From the IMG/VR virus record IMGVR_UViG_3300000116_000136: a DNA stretch of 29,128 bases. One strand, written 5' to 3'. Shown here piece after piece: positions 16,399 through 22,773 of this stretch; the stretch's first letter is position 1, and each line of letters opens with the position of its first letter. The stretch is from a virus. The notes beneath the pieces are model-generated. The model saw only the letters and a list, made by a program, of their open reading frames with translations, searched no databases and was not told the DNA's origin. The translations under genes and the position numbers were made by a program.

Positions 16399-16634
16399 TT
16401 ACCTTTTGGGCATTCTTCTGTTTTCCACGCTGCTTTTGTTTCTATCGGACATCCGCATACGTTACATTCTACTTCTGGCGTTAGCTCTGGGCATCTGCTA
16501 CATATATAAGCTCTATCGTAATAAGTTGATGCGTCTACATTTTCAAAACCACCTAGTACACGTTTACTAAATGCTTTTAGATAGTTGTAGCTTTTAATCA
16601 TTAAGCTCGGTCGTGTCATTTTTTTGTCGTCCAT
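16380..16634 (-). CDS. Cys-rich small protein (84 aa), putative metal-binding
   Basis: Cysteine pattern C-x2-C-x9-C-x2-C-x-C ... ECPKGKW. No family assigned. Confidence 0.6.
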   Translation of the reverse strand: MDDKKMTRPSLMIKSYNYLKAFSKRVLGGFENVDASTYYDRAYICSRCPELTPEVECNVCGCPIETKAAWKTEECPKGKWKKVL

Positions 16635-16812
16635 AATCTCTATTTAGTTTTATTATTCCGTAAGACTGATAGTTAGGCATTACCATTACATCAATATCGT
16701 CAAATTGTAAGTTATCCAAATCTAATACGTATTCTAATTCGCCTACCTCATTATACACTTCTATATATGGTATGTCGTATTCTATTAATTCTGCTAATTC
16801 TTTATACACCAT
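16594..16812 (-). CDS. Highly acidic small protein (72 aa) overlapping the sigma-factor gene's 3' end
   Basis: By my count, 17 Asp/Glu against 5 Lys/Arg. Its ATG lies inside the last codons of 16802..17341 (11-nt overlap). Confidence 0.6.
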   Translation of the reverse strand: MVYKELAELIEYDIPYIEVYNEVGELEYVLDLDNLQFDDIDVMVMPNYQSYGIIKLNRDYGRQKNDTTELND

Positions 16813-17341
16813 TGTTTAATTCTTTTAGTCTTTTATCTATGTAAGACTTTACGCCTTTTATAGTTGTGTATATGCTCATACGACTTATACCAGTTATGTC
16901 GCTTAGGGTACTGTATGTGTAGTTACGACCATTGTTGTCGCCTAAAACGTACAGTTTAAACAGTTCCCGCTCGTACCAGTATAATTCTGTTAGTATTCTA
17001 TTTATATATACCTCGTTATTAATAATATATAAATGTGCTGGTGTTTGTTTTTTATCTGCGTACTTTAAGGCTTGTATAAATACTTCTGTATTGTAAGTTA
17101 TTAGCTCGTGGTCTTTTTTGTATGTATAATAATAACGACTTGTACTACTATAATAACTTAATTTGCACATACGATTAAAGTAACCGTAGATGTTACCATT
17201 TTCTAATATGTCTTTTAGTTTTTCTTCTGGTAAACTTAATAATTGTAAAAAGACTTCTTGCGTTAAATCGTCTAAGTCTTTGGATGGTATGAAGTTAGCA
17301 GCTATGGCTTTTAACTCTTTACATAATTTGTTACTTAACAT
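16802..17341 (-). CDS. ECF-like sigma-70 family factor (179 aa)
   Basis: Region-2-like DLDDLTQEVFLQLL ... YFNRMCKLSYY. Region-4-like LYWYERELFKLYVLG...YTYSTLSDITGISRMSIYTTIKGVKSYI (HTH). Confidence 0.55.
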   Translation of the reverse strand: MLSNKLCKELKAIAANFIPSKDLDDLTQEVFLQLLSLPEEKLKDILENGNIYGYFNRMCKLSYYSSTSRYYYTYKKDHELITYNTEVFIQALKYADKKQTPAHLYIINNEVYINRILTELYWYERELFKLYVLGDNNGRNYTYSTLSDITGISRMSIYTTIKGVKSYIDKRLKELNNGV

Positions 17342-17391
17342 ACGTGCATATTAGTAAAAAGTTTGACTATTGCAAGCGTGTTAATAAGTAT

Positions 17392-17871
17392 TTATACACA
17401 TATTTCTTTTAATAACATTTTGTAGTGTTGTATTAAAGATATTAAGTCTTGCTTATCGTACTTAATACTTTTGTGGCTTAGTTGTACTAATTCTTCTACT
17501 GCCTCTACTCCGTATTCAGCTTCTAGCTTTTTACCGTATTGCCATTTTTCGCCCTCACTCCAGATGTTACACTTTTGGCATTGTGGCTTACAGTTTGCTA
17601 TACTGCTATTGTGTAGCCATCTTGTGCTTGTATGCTTTCGACTTTGAAAATGTCCGTTTTGCATTTGTTTAACGTGCTTAGAAACACCGCAAGTATAACA
17701 CTCTACAAATCCGTTGTCGTCTGCGTAGTACCATCTTATGTACTGGCTAAACACTTTATCTAAATCTTTTTTTAACTGTGCGTGTGTTTTCATATCGTTT
17801 TCTTTAAGAACCGCTAAGAACTCAATAGTTTCAATTTCTTGTTCTGTAAATTTAATAACATTTGTTTCCAT
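17392..17871 (-). CDS. ninG: NinG/Rap-like recombination endonuclease (159 aa)
   Basis: Pattern FSQYIRWYYADDNGFVECYTCG...QNGHFQSR......N...QCQKCN...G matches the lambda NinG family layout from memory. Confidence 0.6.
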   Translation of the reverse strand: METNVIKFTEQEIETIEFLAVLKENDMKTHAQLKKDLDKVFSQYIRWYYADDNGFVECYTCGVSKHVKQMQNGHFQSRKHTSTRWLHNSSIANCKPQCQKCNIWSEGEKWQYGKKLEAEYGVEAVEELVQLSHKSIKYDKQDLISLIQHYKMLLKEICV

Positions 17872-17874
17872 AAT

Positions 17875-18009
17875 TTATTCCTTATTCTTTAGCTTGTCTA
17901 TATCGCTTTTGTATTTACTAAACCTTTTATCGTTTCTGTATTCATACCATAAAGTAAAGCTAGTAAAGATAATTGCTATTGCTATTAAAAATATATATAC
18001 CTCTCTCAT
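17875..18009 (-). CDS. Micro-ORF encoding a single-pass membrane peptide (44 aa), absent from the ORF track
   Basis: My translation: MREVYIFLIAIAIIFTSFTLWYEYRNDKRFSKYKSDIDKLKNKE. ATGA overlap with the upstream stop. Fills the 134-nt gap. Confidence 0.55.
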   Translation of the reverse strand: MREVYIFLIAIAIIFTSFTLWYEYRNDKRFSKYKSDIDKLKNKE

Positions 18010-18386
18010 TTTAGTCGTTTTGCTTGTTTAATTGTATTACCTATTAGCTTATCGTTATTAATGTCATTCCACTCTAAAGCCTTTTTGTAGGTTTGTTGCT
18101 GGTCGCCATTATACTTAAATTCTTTTAACCATTTATTCCAGTTACGTACATTAACAAAACCGCCATCTTCTGAATGTTTTATACCTTGCTCAAATATAAA
18201 AGATACTTTTTCCATATCGTAACCACCATAGTCTTTAATTAAATCGTTATATAATAACTGTGCCATTAATACTACTTGCTGCGTGTCTGGCTTTTGACCT
18301 AACATTAAATAGCACTTACTTAATAAATCAACGCAGTCTATTTTTAACTGTTTCTGGTCTGTGTTGTATCGTTCCCAAATCTTCAT
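18006..18386 (-). CDS. Hypothetical early protein (126 aa)
   Basis: ATG start, normal composition, in the replication block. Confidence 0.6.
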   Translation of the reverse strand: MKIWERYNTDQKQLKIDCVDLLSKCYLMLGQKPDTQQVVLMAQLLYNDLIKDYGGYDMEKVSFIFEQGIKHSEDGGFVNVRNWNKWLKEFKYNGDQQQTYKKALEWNDINNDKLIGNTIKQAKRLK

Positions 18387-18487
18387 ACTTTCTATCTTTT
18401 TTCTTTTTGTTTTTATCGTTTAACTTTTGCGTGTCGTACTTGTCGTTAGACTTCCAGCCAGTTACTAACTCGTACGCACAACGTGTT

Positions 18488-18739
18488 TCATACTTCATAT
18501 ACTTGCTCTTTTACAGTTTCTATAACCTCCATTAAGTTATCGTAAATTAATTCTAGCTCTTCGCTGCTATCAGTCCATTTCAGTATCTCGCTTTCGTACG
18601 CCCTTGCTACTCCTACTAGTCTGTTAAACTTTAGCTTTACTACTTTACTATGCTTGCCTTTTAAATTATATAGTTGTTCGTGAAAACATCTAAAGGTTGC
18701 TATTAAAAGGTTTAAATCTATTGTGTCTTGCTTTGTCAT
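18488..18739 (-). CDS. Hypothetical early protein (83 aa from ATG 18739; the track ORF starts at an upstream GTG)
   Basis: The track start at 18769 is GTG. The ATG at 18739 lies 2 nt after the upstream stop and gives MTKQDTIDL.... Its first 18 nt are identical to the start of 20991..21380. Confidence 0.6.
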   Translation of the reverse strand: MTKQDTIDLNLLIATFRCFHEQLYNLKGKHSKVVKLKFNRLVGVARAYESEILKWTDSSEELELIYDNLMEVIETVKEQVYEV

Positions 18740-18741
18740 AA

Positions 18742-19326
18742 TTAAATCATATTTCTGGCTTCTTGCCACGTGTCTAATATATTCTTTTTTTCTTTTGGTT
18801 TAAAGGTTTGCTCGTTTTTACTCCACGTCTTTAAACGTCTTGCTATATCAAATGTTTTTTGTAACTCATATCTTAGCTTCGTCTTGCTTCTGTTTGGTTC
18901 AGTCCAGTAGTCTGTAAAGGCTTCTAAGGTAACATCTGTGTACCTATCGGCAAAACTAGACACCTCGTTAAAAAACTTACTTGTAACCTCATCTAGGTTT
19001 CTTTGTTTTTTAACCTCTTCAAGCTGGTAAGACTTAAAATTTATAACAGTTATTAAAGTGTTTTTAGTATTGCTATCAATTTCTATATAGTCTTGTGCTT
19101 TCAGCTTTAACAAACGCTTGTAGACTGTGCTAGGCTTTATGTGTAACTCTTCGCTTGCAGACACTCTACCAGTAATAAACTGTCCTACGTCTACTTTGCG
19201 ACCGTACACTATGTTAGACTTTGTGTTAGCCTTTAGTATGCACCAGACAAAAACTTTTAATAGTTCAGCATCAGCGAATAAACCGTTATCAAGTATTTTT
19301 CTGTGTAATTTAATATAGCCACTCAT
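18742..19326 (-). CDS. Replication initiator / replisome-organiser-like winged-helix protein (194 aa)
   Basis: N-terminus YIKLHRKILDNGLF...LLKVFVWCILKAN...GQFITGRVSASEELHIKPSTVYKRLLKLKAQDYIEI is the common phage replication-protein N-terminal pattern. Confidence 0.55.
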   Translation of the reverse strand: MSGYIKLHRKILDNGLFADAELLKVFVWCILKANTKSNIVYGRKVDVGQFITGRVSASEELHIKPSTVYKRLLKLKAQDYIEIDSNTKNTLITVINFKSYQLEEVKKQRNLDEVTSKFFNEVSSFADRYTDVTLEAFTDYWTEPNRSKTKLRYELQKTFDIARRLKTWSKNEQTFKPKEKKNILDTWQEARNMI

Positions 19327-19330
19327 TAAT

Positions 19331-19684
19331 CTATAAATTTGGTTTGTTAGGTTTGTTTTTGTCTTTAATACTTTTGTACGAACCCTCTTTTTTTATTTTA
19401 TTAATCCAGTCTTTTTGTGCTACTCCTTGTCTAATTTTATATTTATCGCCTCGTAACTCTGGCATTAACTCTTGAAACCTTGCCCTATGTCTACGTATGC
19501 TAGTTGGGTTGCTTAATTTATTTTCTGCAAAAGCTTCTAGTAAGCCTCTAGCAGTTAATAAATCTACTTCTTTATCTAGTTTTTTTAGTTCAGCGTGCCA
19601 AATATTAGCAGTTAGCTTATTATCGCTATCTCTTAGAGATGGGTATTTTACTAGTAGTTCGTGGATAATTTCTTTTAATTTCAT
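19331..19684 (-). CDS. Hypothetical conserved phage protein (117 aa)
   Basis: The motifs YPSLRDSDNKL and SIRRHRARFQELMPELRG look familiar from phage genomes. Function unknown. Confidence 0.6.
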   Translation of the reverse strand: MKLKEIIHELLVKYPSLRDSDNKLTANIWHAELKKLDKEVDLLTARGLLEAFAENKLSNPTSIRRHRARFQELMPELRGDKYKIRQGVAQKDWINKIKKEGSYKSIKDKNKPNKPNL

Positions 19685-20094
19685 ATCGTTTTTTCTAATT
19701 GGTTTTTATAATGTTTTAAATTTGCTAAAGCTACATTTATTTCGTCTATCGCAGACATCTTTTTAAATTTTGTATTAAAGTTTCCTTTGCTTATGCTTTG
19801 GTACTTACTTAATACTAACATATATGCTTCGTTATACTTTGGATAATCTTTTTCGTAATCCGTATAATGTGCGTGTAGCTTTTTATAATGGTAGTAGTTA
19901 GTTCTATGCTTACAGAAATGTAAAGCTAACGTAGATGGCTTTATACCGCCTTGCATAAGTATATTACAAACTACTAAACGTGCTAATACTTGATTTTCTG
20001 TTTTACCTTGTACATTTATATTATCTACTGGTATTTCTAAAACATCAGAAGTAATGTTTTTTAGTAGTTCTATTTCACTTTTTAATCCTATCAT
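19681..20094 (-). CDS. Possible DnaA domain-IV-like HTH protein (137 aa)
   Basis: VQGKTENQVLARLVVCNILMQGGIKPSTLALHFCKHRTNYYHYKK resembles the DnaA C-terminal DNA-binding domain. Weak. Confidence 0.4.
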   Translation of the reverse strand: MIGLKSEIELLKNITSDVLEIPVDNINVQGKTENQVLARLVVCNILMQGGIKPSTLALHFCKHRTNYYHYKKLHAHYTDYEKDYPKYNEAYMLVLSKYQSISKGNFNTKFKKMSAIDEINVALANLKHYKNQLEKTI

Positions 20095-20291
20095 TTGTTG
20101 TGTGTTGTTTTATGGTTATCATCATCGTTTAAAACTTTATATATAGGTTCGTCAATATCTTTAATTTGTCTATATATCGCACGCACTTGTTTCATTACTT
20201 CGCTACGTGCAGACTTTGGTATATCTGTACCAGTAACAGAAGTAACTAAACTTTGTGCTTGTGCTAATAAATTACTTGTCTTATTTTTCAT
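20091..20291 (-). CDS. Hypothetical early protein (66 aa)
   Basis: ATGA overlaps at both ends. Confidence 0.55.
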   Translation of the reverse strand: MKNKTSNLLAQAQSLVTSVTGTDIPKSARSEVMKQVRAIYRQIKDIDEPIYKVLNDDDNHKTTHNK

Positions 20292-20634
20292 ATTTTCCTA
20301 AATTAAAATCGTCTTGTACACTATATCCTTGTTGTATTAAATCGCTATAAAACTTGCTGCTTTCGTATTCAGTTCCTACCATATAAAAGGTGTCGCCCTC
20401 TTGTTTAGCATCTGAATAGTATTTAAGTAGCTGCATATCTCGTAGCCTTGCTACTCTATTGTACTTTGGGTTTTTAACTACAAAAGCATATTTGTACTTA
20501 GTTTTATCGTTTTTATCTGGTACTGGTATCTTTTTTAGTGTTAGTGTAGCAAGTTCGCCATAATAGCCTACTGGTGCTTCTGTACCGTTATAAGGCGTAC
20601 CATCTTCGTATGTGTATTCGTTCCAGTTTGCCAT
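20281..20634 (-). CDS. Hypothetical early protein (117 aa)
   Basis: ATG start, normal composition, Tyr-rich. Confidence 0.6.
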   Translation of the reverse strand: MANWNEYTYEDGTPYNGTEAPVGYYGELATLTLKKIPVPDKNDKTKYKYAFVVKNPKYNRVARLRDMQLLKYYSDAKQEGDTFYMVGTEYESSKFYSDLIQQGYSVQDDFNLGKYEK

Positions 20635-20636
20635 AA

Positions 20637-20966
20637 TTAAAAGGGTAAATCTGCGTTAATATTACCCTCGTCTGTATCTTCTGTTAAATCTACTTTTTGT
20701 ATTTTCCACGCATCAGCACTAGTATAGTAATTACCTTTGTATTCTCTACTAGACAAGTTAAATAATATTTCGACATTATCCCCTTGCTCTAAACCATCTA
20801 ATAACGATAGCTTATCTTCTCCAAAAAAATTAAAGCACACCTCTGAATTGTACTTAGCACCGTTATCTATTACGATACCTTGTTTCATCCATTGTTTACC
20901 AGCTTTTGTCATTCCAGATTGTTTATCTAGCATTTTTACTACTCTACCTTTCATTTCTAAATTCAT
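20637..20966 (-). CDS. ssb: DUF3127-type OB-fold single-stranded DNA-binding protein with an SSB-like acidic tail
   Basis: KGRVVKMLDKQSGMTKAGKQWMKQGIVID...VCFNFFGEDK...GDNVEILFNLSSREYKGNYYTSADAWKI matches the Bacteroidota DUF3127 pattern from memory. The C-terminus ends DEGNINADLPF, like the bacterial SSB tip DDDIPF. Confidence 0.7.
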   Translation of the reverse strand: MNLEMKGRVVKMLDKQSGMTKAGKQWMKQGIVIDNGAKYNSEVCFNFFGEDKLSLLDGLEQGDNVEILFNLSSREYKGNYYTSADAWKIQKVDLTEDTDEGNINADLPF

Positions 20967-20990
20967 AATATAATTGTTAATGGTTAATGT

Positions 20991-21380
20991 TTACTTTTTA
21001 AAACTTTCACTTTCATCTTCGGCAAAGACATTTAGACTATATAGCCCAGCTAACTTTAAACACGCCCTAGACATAGCTCTTTTTTCTGCCATTTCCATTA
21101 CGTACCACGTGTTAGTCGAACCGCTTTTAAAGTCTTGACCTTTTAAAGCACTACCAAAGGTTTCGATAGTTGCACCAGTCTCAATAGTTGCGTGTGCTTT
21201 TACTACTGCAAAGTTACTTTCGCACTTAATTACCTCGTAAGATATAGATATGCCTAAAGAAGCACATAGCTTGTCTATACCGCTTCTGGTTATGATTGTG
21301 TAGTGTTGATGCTTAAATACATCTTCGGCTACTAAGCCATTATCTTTAAATAGCTTGTTTAATGTGTCTTGCTTTGTCAT
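20991..21380 (-). CDS. Hypothetical early protein (129 aa), possibly recombination-associated
   Basis: The conserved-looking YVMEMAEKRAMSRACLKLAGLY segment sits next to the SSB gene. I cannot name the family with confidence. Confidence 0.6.
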   Translation of the reverse strand: MTKQDTLNKLFKDNGLVAEDVFKHQHYTIITRSGIDKLCASLGISISYEVIKCESNFAVVKAHATIETGATIETFGSALKGQDFKSGSTNTWYVMEMAEKRAMSRACLKLAGLYSLNVFAEDESESFKK

Positions 21381-21496
21381 TAGTGATTTGTTAAAGTTAA
21401 TTGTATAAGTCCTATGTAGTCTGCTAGTATTACAGTTCCAGCTACAAACATAGCTAAAGCAAATGTAATAAAATCGTTTTTAGTTTTCTGGCTCAT
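21380..21496 (-). CDS. Micro-ORF encoding a membrane peptide (38 aa), absent from the ORF track
   Basis: My translation: MSQKTKNDFITFALAMFVAGTVILADYIGLIQLTLTNH. Its stop overlaps the next ATG as TAATG, and its ATG lies 1 nt after the upstream stop. Confidence 0.5.
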   Translation of the reverse strand: MSQKTKNDFITFALAMFVAGTVILADYIGLIQLTLTNH

Positions 21497-21497
21497 A

Positions 21498-21761
21498 TTA
21501 TAAGTTATTGATAGATTTGTGTAAGTCTTGTAATATCTCCATAGCTGACGTGTAAGCCACTCTTTTGCCCTCGCAATAGTTAGCCATCAATTTATTATTA
21601 TCGTTTAAATAAGATACCTCTGATTGTTCTAAATCGGCTAATAATTGTTTTAGCATAAGCTCTTTGCAAAGTATTTTATAATTTACATCGCCTAGCTTAA
21701 CTTTTTGCACTTGTAAGAAAGTATCGTTAAAAATGCTTTGGTATTCGTTAGTGTCTATCAT
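21498..21761 (-). CDS. Hypothetical early protein (87 aa)
   Basis: ATG start. First ORF after the hairpin at 21801..21826. Confidence 0.6.
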   Translation of the reverse strand: MIDTNEYQSIFNDTFLQVQKVKLGDVNYKILCKELMLKQLLADLEQSEVSYLNDNNKLMANYCEGKRVAYTSAMEILQDLHKSINNL

Positions 21762-21800
21762 TCTGTGTATAGTTTAAATTAATATTTGATTTATACCACC

Positions 21801-21826
21801 AAAACCCCATACCGTTAAGTATAGGG
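21801..21826 (-). terminator. Candidate intrinsic terminator/attenuator after the first early gene
   Basis: Minus strand reads CCCTATAC-TTAACG-GTATGGGG followed by TTTT. This is an 8-bp stem including one G-U pair. Sits 18 nt after the stop of 21845..22099. Confidence 0.4.
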
Positions 21827-21844
21827 TGTTGATGTTAGTTATTG

Positions 21845-22099
21845 TTAGATTATTTCTATATCAGTTACTTTTTTACCATTTGCTTTACAAGACTGTAATA
21901 ATAATATAGCATTTGGCATAACTAAACTTTCGTGTGTTCCAGACTTTCTAAGTAGATTACATAAGTAATCAATTTTTTGTTCAGTAGACATTTCTTCCTT
22001 TTCTTTAAATTCATCCATTATAGATGGTGTGTTTTCATCTTCGTACATTTCTTTTTGAATTTCTATCCATTCCGAAGATTGATATTTTAAGTCGCTCAT
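21845..22099 (-). CDS. First early gene: small protein with an acidic N-terminal half (84 aa)
   Basis: First ORF downstream of the control region. By my count, 14 Asp/Glu against 5 Lys/Arg in the first 45 residues. Confidence 0.6.
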   Translation of the reverse strand: MSDLKYQSSEWIEIQKEMYEDENTPSIMDEFKEKEEMSTEQKIDYLCNLLRKSGTHESLVMPNAILLLQSCKANGKKVTDIEII

Positions 22100-22133
22100 A
22101 TTTGTAGTGTGTATCGTTTAAATTAATAATACG

Positions 22134-22141
22134 CAAATATA
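22134..22141 (-). promoter_or_regulatory. Bacteroidota-type -7 promoter box (TATATTTG, fits TAnnTTTG)
   Basis: Exact fit to the TAnnTTTG consensus on the minus strand, ending 34 nt upstream of the first early ATG. No good TTTG -33 element at canonical spacing. Confidence 0.4.
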
Positions 22142-22153
22142 AACACATTTTAG

Positions 22154-22193
22154 TTTATAAAGCTACTCTTTTATAAAGTTTTTTTTTGTAAAG
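22154..22193. repeat. Three iteron-like direct repeats TTT(A/G)TAAAG at 15-16 nt spacing
   Basis: Copies at 22154..22162, 22170..22178 and 22185..22193, with a related AATAAAG at about 22222. Confidence 0.5.
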
Positions 22194-22230
22194 TTAAATT
22201 TACTAGATATAATAAATTTAAAATAAAGCT

Positions 22231-22289
22231 ATATATATATAACTATAACTATATATACTATAAACTATTAATATATATATATATATATA
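22231..22289. repeat. AT-dinucleotide tracts and AACTATA repeats (possible DNA-unwinding element)
   Basis: (AT)5 at 22231..22240, AACTATAACTATATATACTATAAACTA, then a 19-nt alternating AT run at 22271..22289. Confidence 0.7.
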
Positions 22290-22301
22290 CTTCTTGTTTG
22301 T

Positions 22302-22335
22302 GTTACTTGGTTGTTACGCTTTTTGCGTAAGTAAC
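22302..22335 (-). terminator. Bulged inverted repeat just after the last late gene; possible terminator without a U tract
   Basis: GTTACTT[ggttgt]TACGC-ttttt-GCGTAAGTAAC gives 5 bp plus 6-7 bp separated by a 6-nt bulge. Sits 4 nt downstream of the stop at 22339. Confidence 0.3.
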
Positions 22336-22338
22336 TGA

Positions 22339-22773
22339 TTACAAGTCCATTAAGATATTTATGGGTTGCGTGCCATTTTCTTTAACTACCATACACCCTA
22401 TCGCTGGCTTTTTTCCAGCCTTAGCGTAAGCCATAGCGTAGCTCTCGTGGTTTATGCCACAACCTACTTGACTACCATAGATACGGTAATTTTGCCCTAC
22501 GTAGTGTTCTGTGTAGCATTGTGTGTGTAAATGCCCTTGCACCGTATTCATCATATCGGCACGACATTTACTACGTGCAGTACCAGCTTCGCCATGAATA
22601 TACTGTACATCGTCTTTAACATAGCGTTCTACAAAATCCCATTGCGGTACTTCTAAGACATCTTTGTAACTTTTAATCCACTTACTAGGTATTGCAGAAG
22701 TTTGTGCCTTACGCATTATTAAACGGTCGTGGTTGCCTATTAAAACAGTAGCGACTGGGAACGCATTCGCCAT
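22339..22773 (-). CDS. Metallophosphoesterase, C-terminal segment (motifs III-V)
   Basis: LIGNHD (motif III), YIHGE, GHLH. The ATG sits immediately after an in-frame TAA. Confidence 0.75.
   Translation of the reverse strand: MANAFPVATVLIGNHDRLIMRKAQTSAIPSKWIKSYKDVLEVPQWDFVERYVKDDVQYIHGEAGTARSKCRADMMNTVQGHLHTQCYTEHYVGQNYRIYGSQVGCGINHESYAMAYAKAGKKPAIGCMVVKENGTQPINILMDL

Noticed and set aside
17342-17391. 50-nt gap upstream of the sigma-factor gene, examined for a promoter
   Set aside because: It contains neither a TAnnTTTG box nor an AAACCT…TATATA motif on the minus strand. The TTGAC seen there is on the non-coding (plus) strand.
18328-18498. 56-aa minus-strand ORF (MKYETRCAYELVTGWKSNDKYDTQKLNDKNKKKKDRK…) covering the 101-nt gap 18387..18487
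   Set aside because: It overlaps the downstream gene by 59 nt and the upstream gene by 11 nt, and has a low-complexity Lys-rich middle. I cannot support it beyond the fact that it fills a gap, so the gap remains unexplained.
18740-18769. Longer N-terminus (MARSQKYDLI…) of ORF 18488..18769
   Set aside because: The start codon there is GTG and it overlaps the upstream gene by 28 nt. The ATG at 18739 sits 2 nt after the upstream stop.
22231-22289. AT-dinucleotide repeats considered as a possible CRISPR array or minisatellite
   Set aside because: There is no repeat-spacer organisation. These are simple dinucleotide tracts within the control region.
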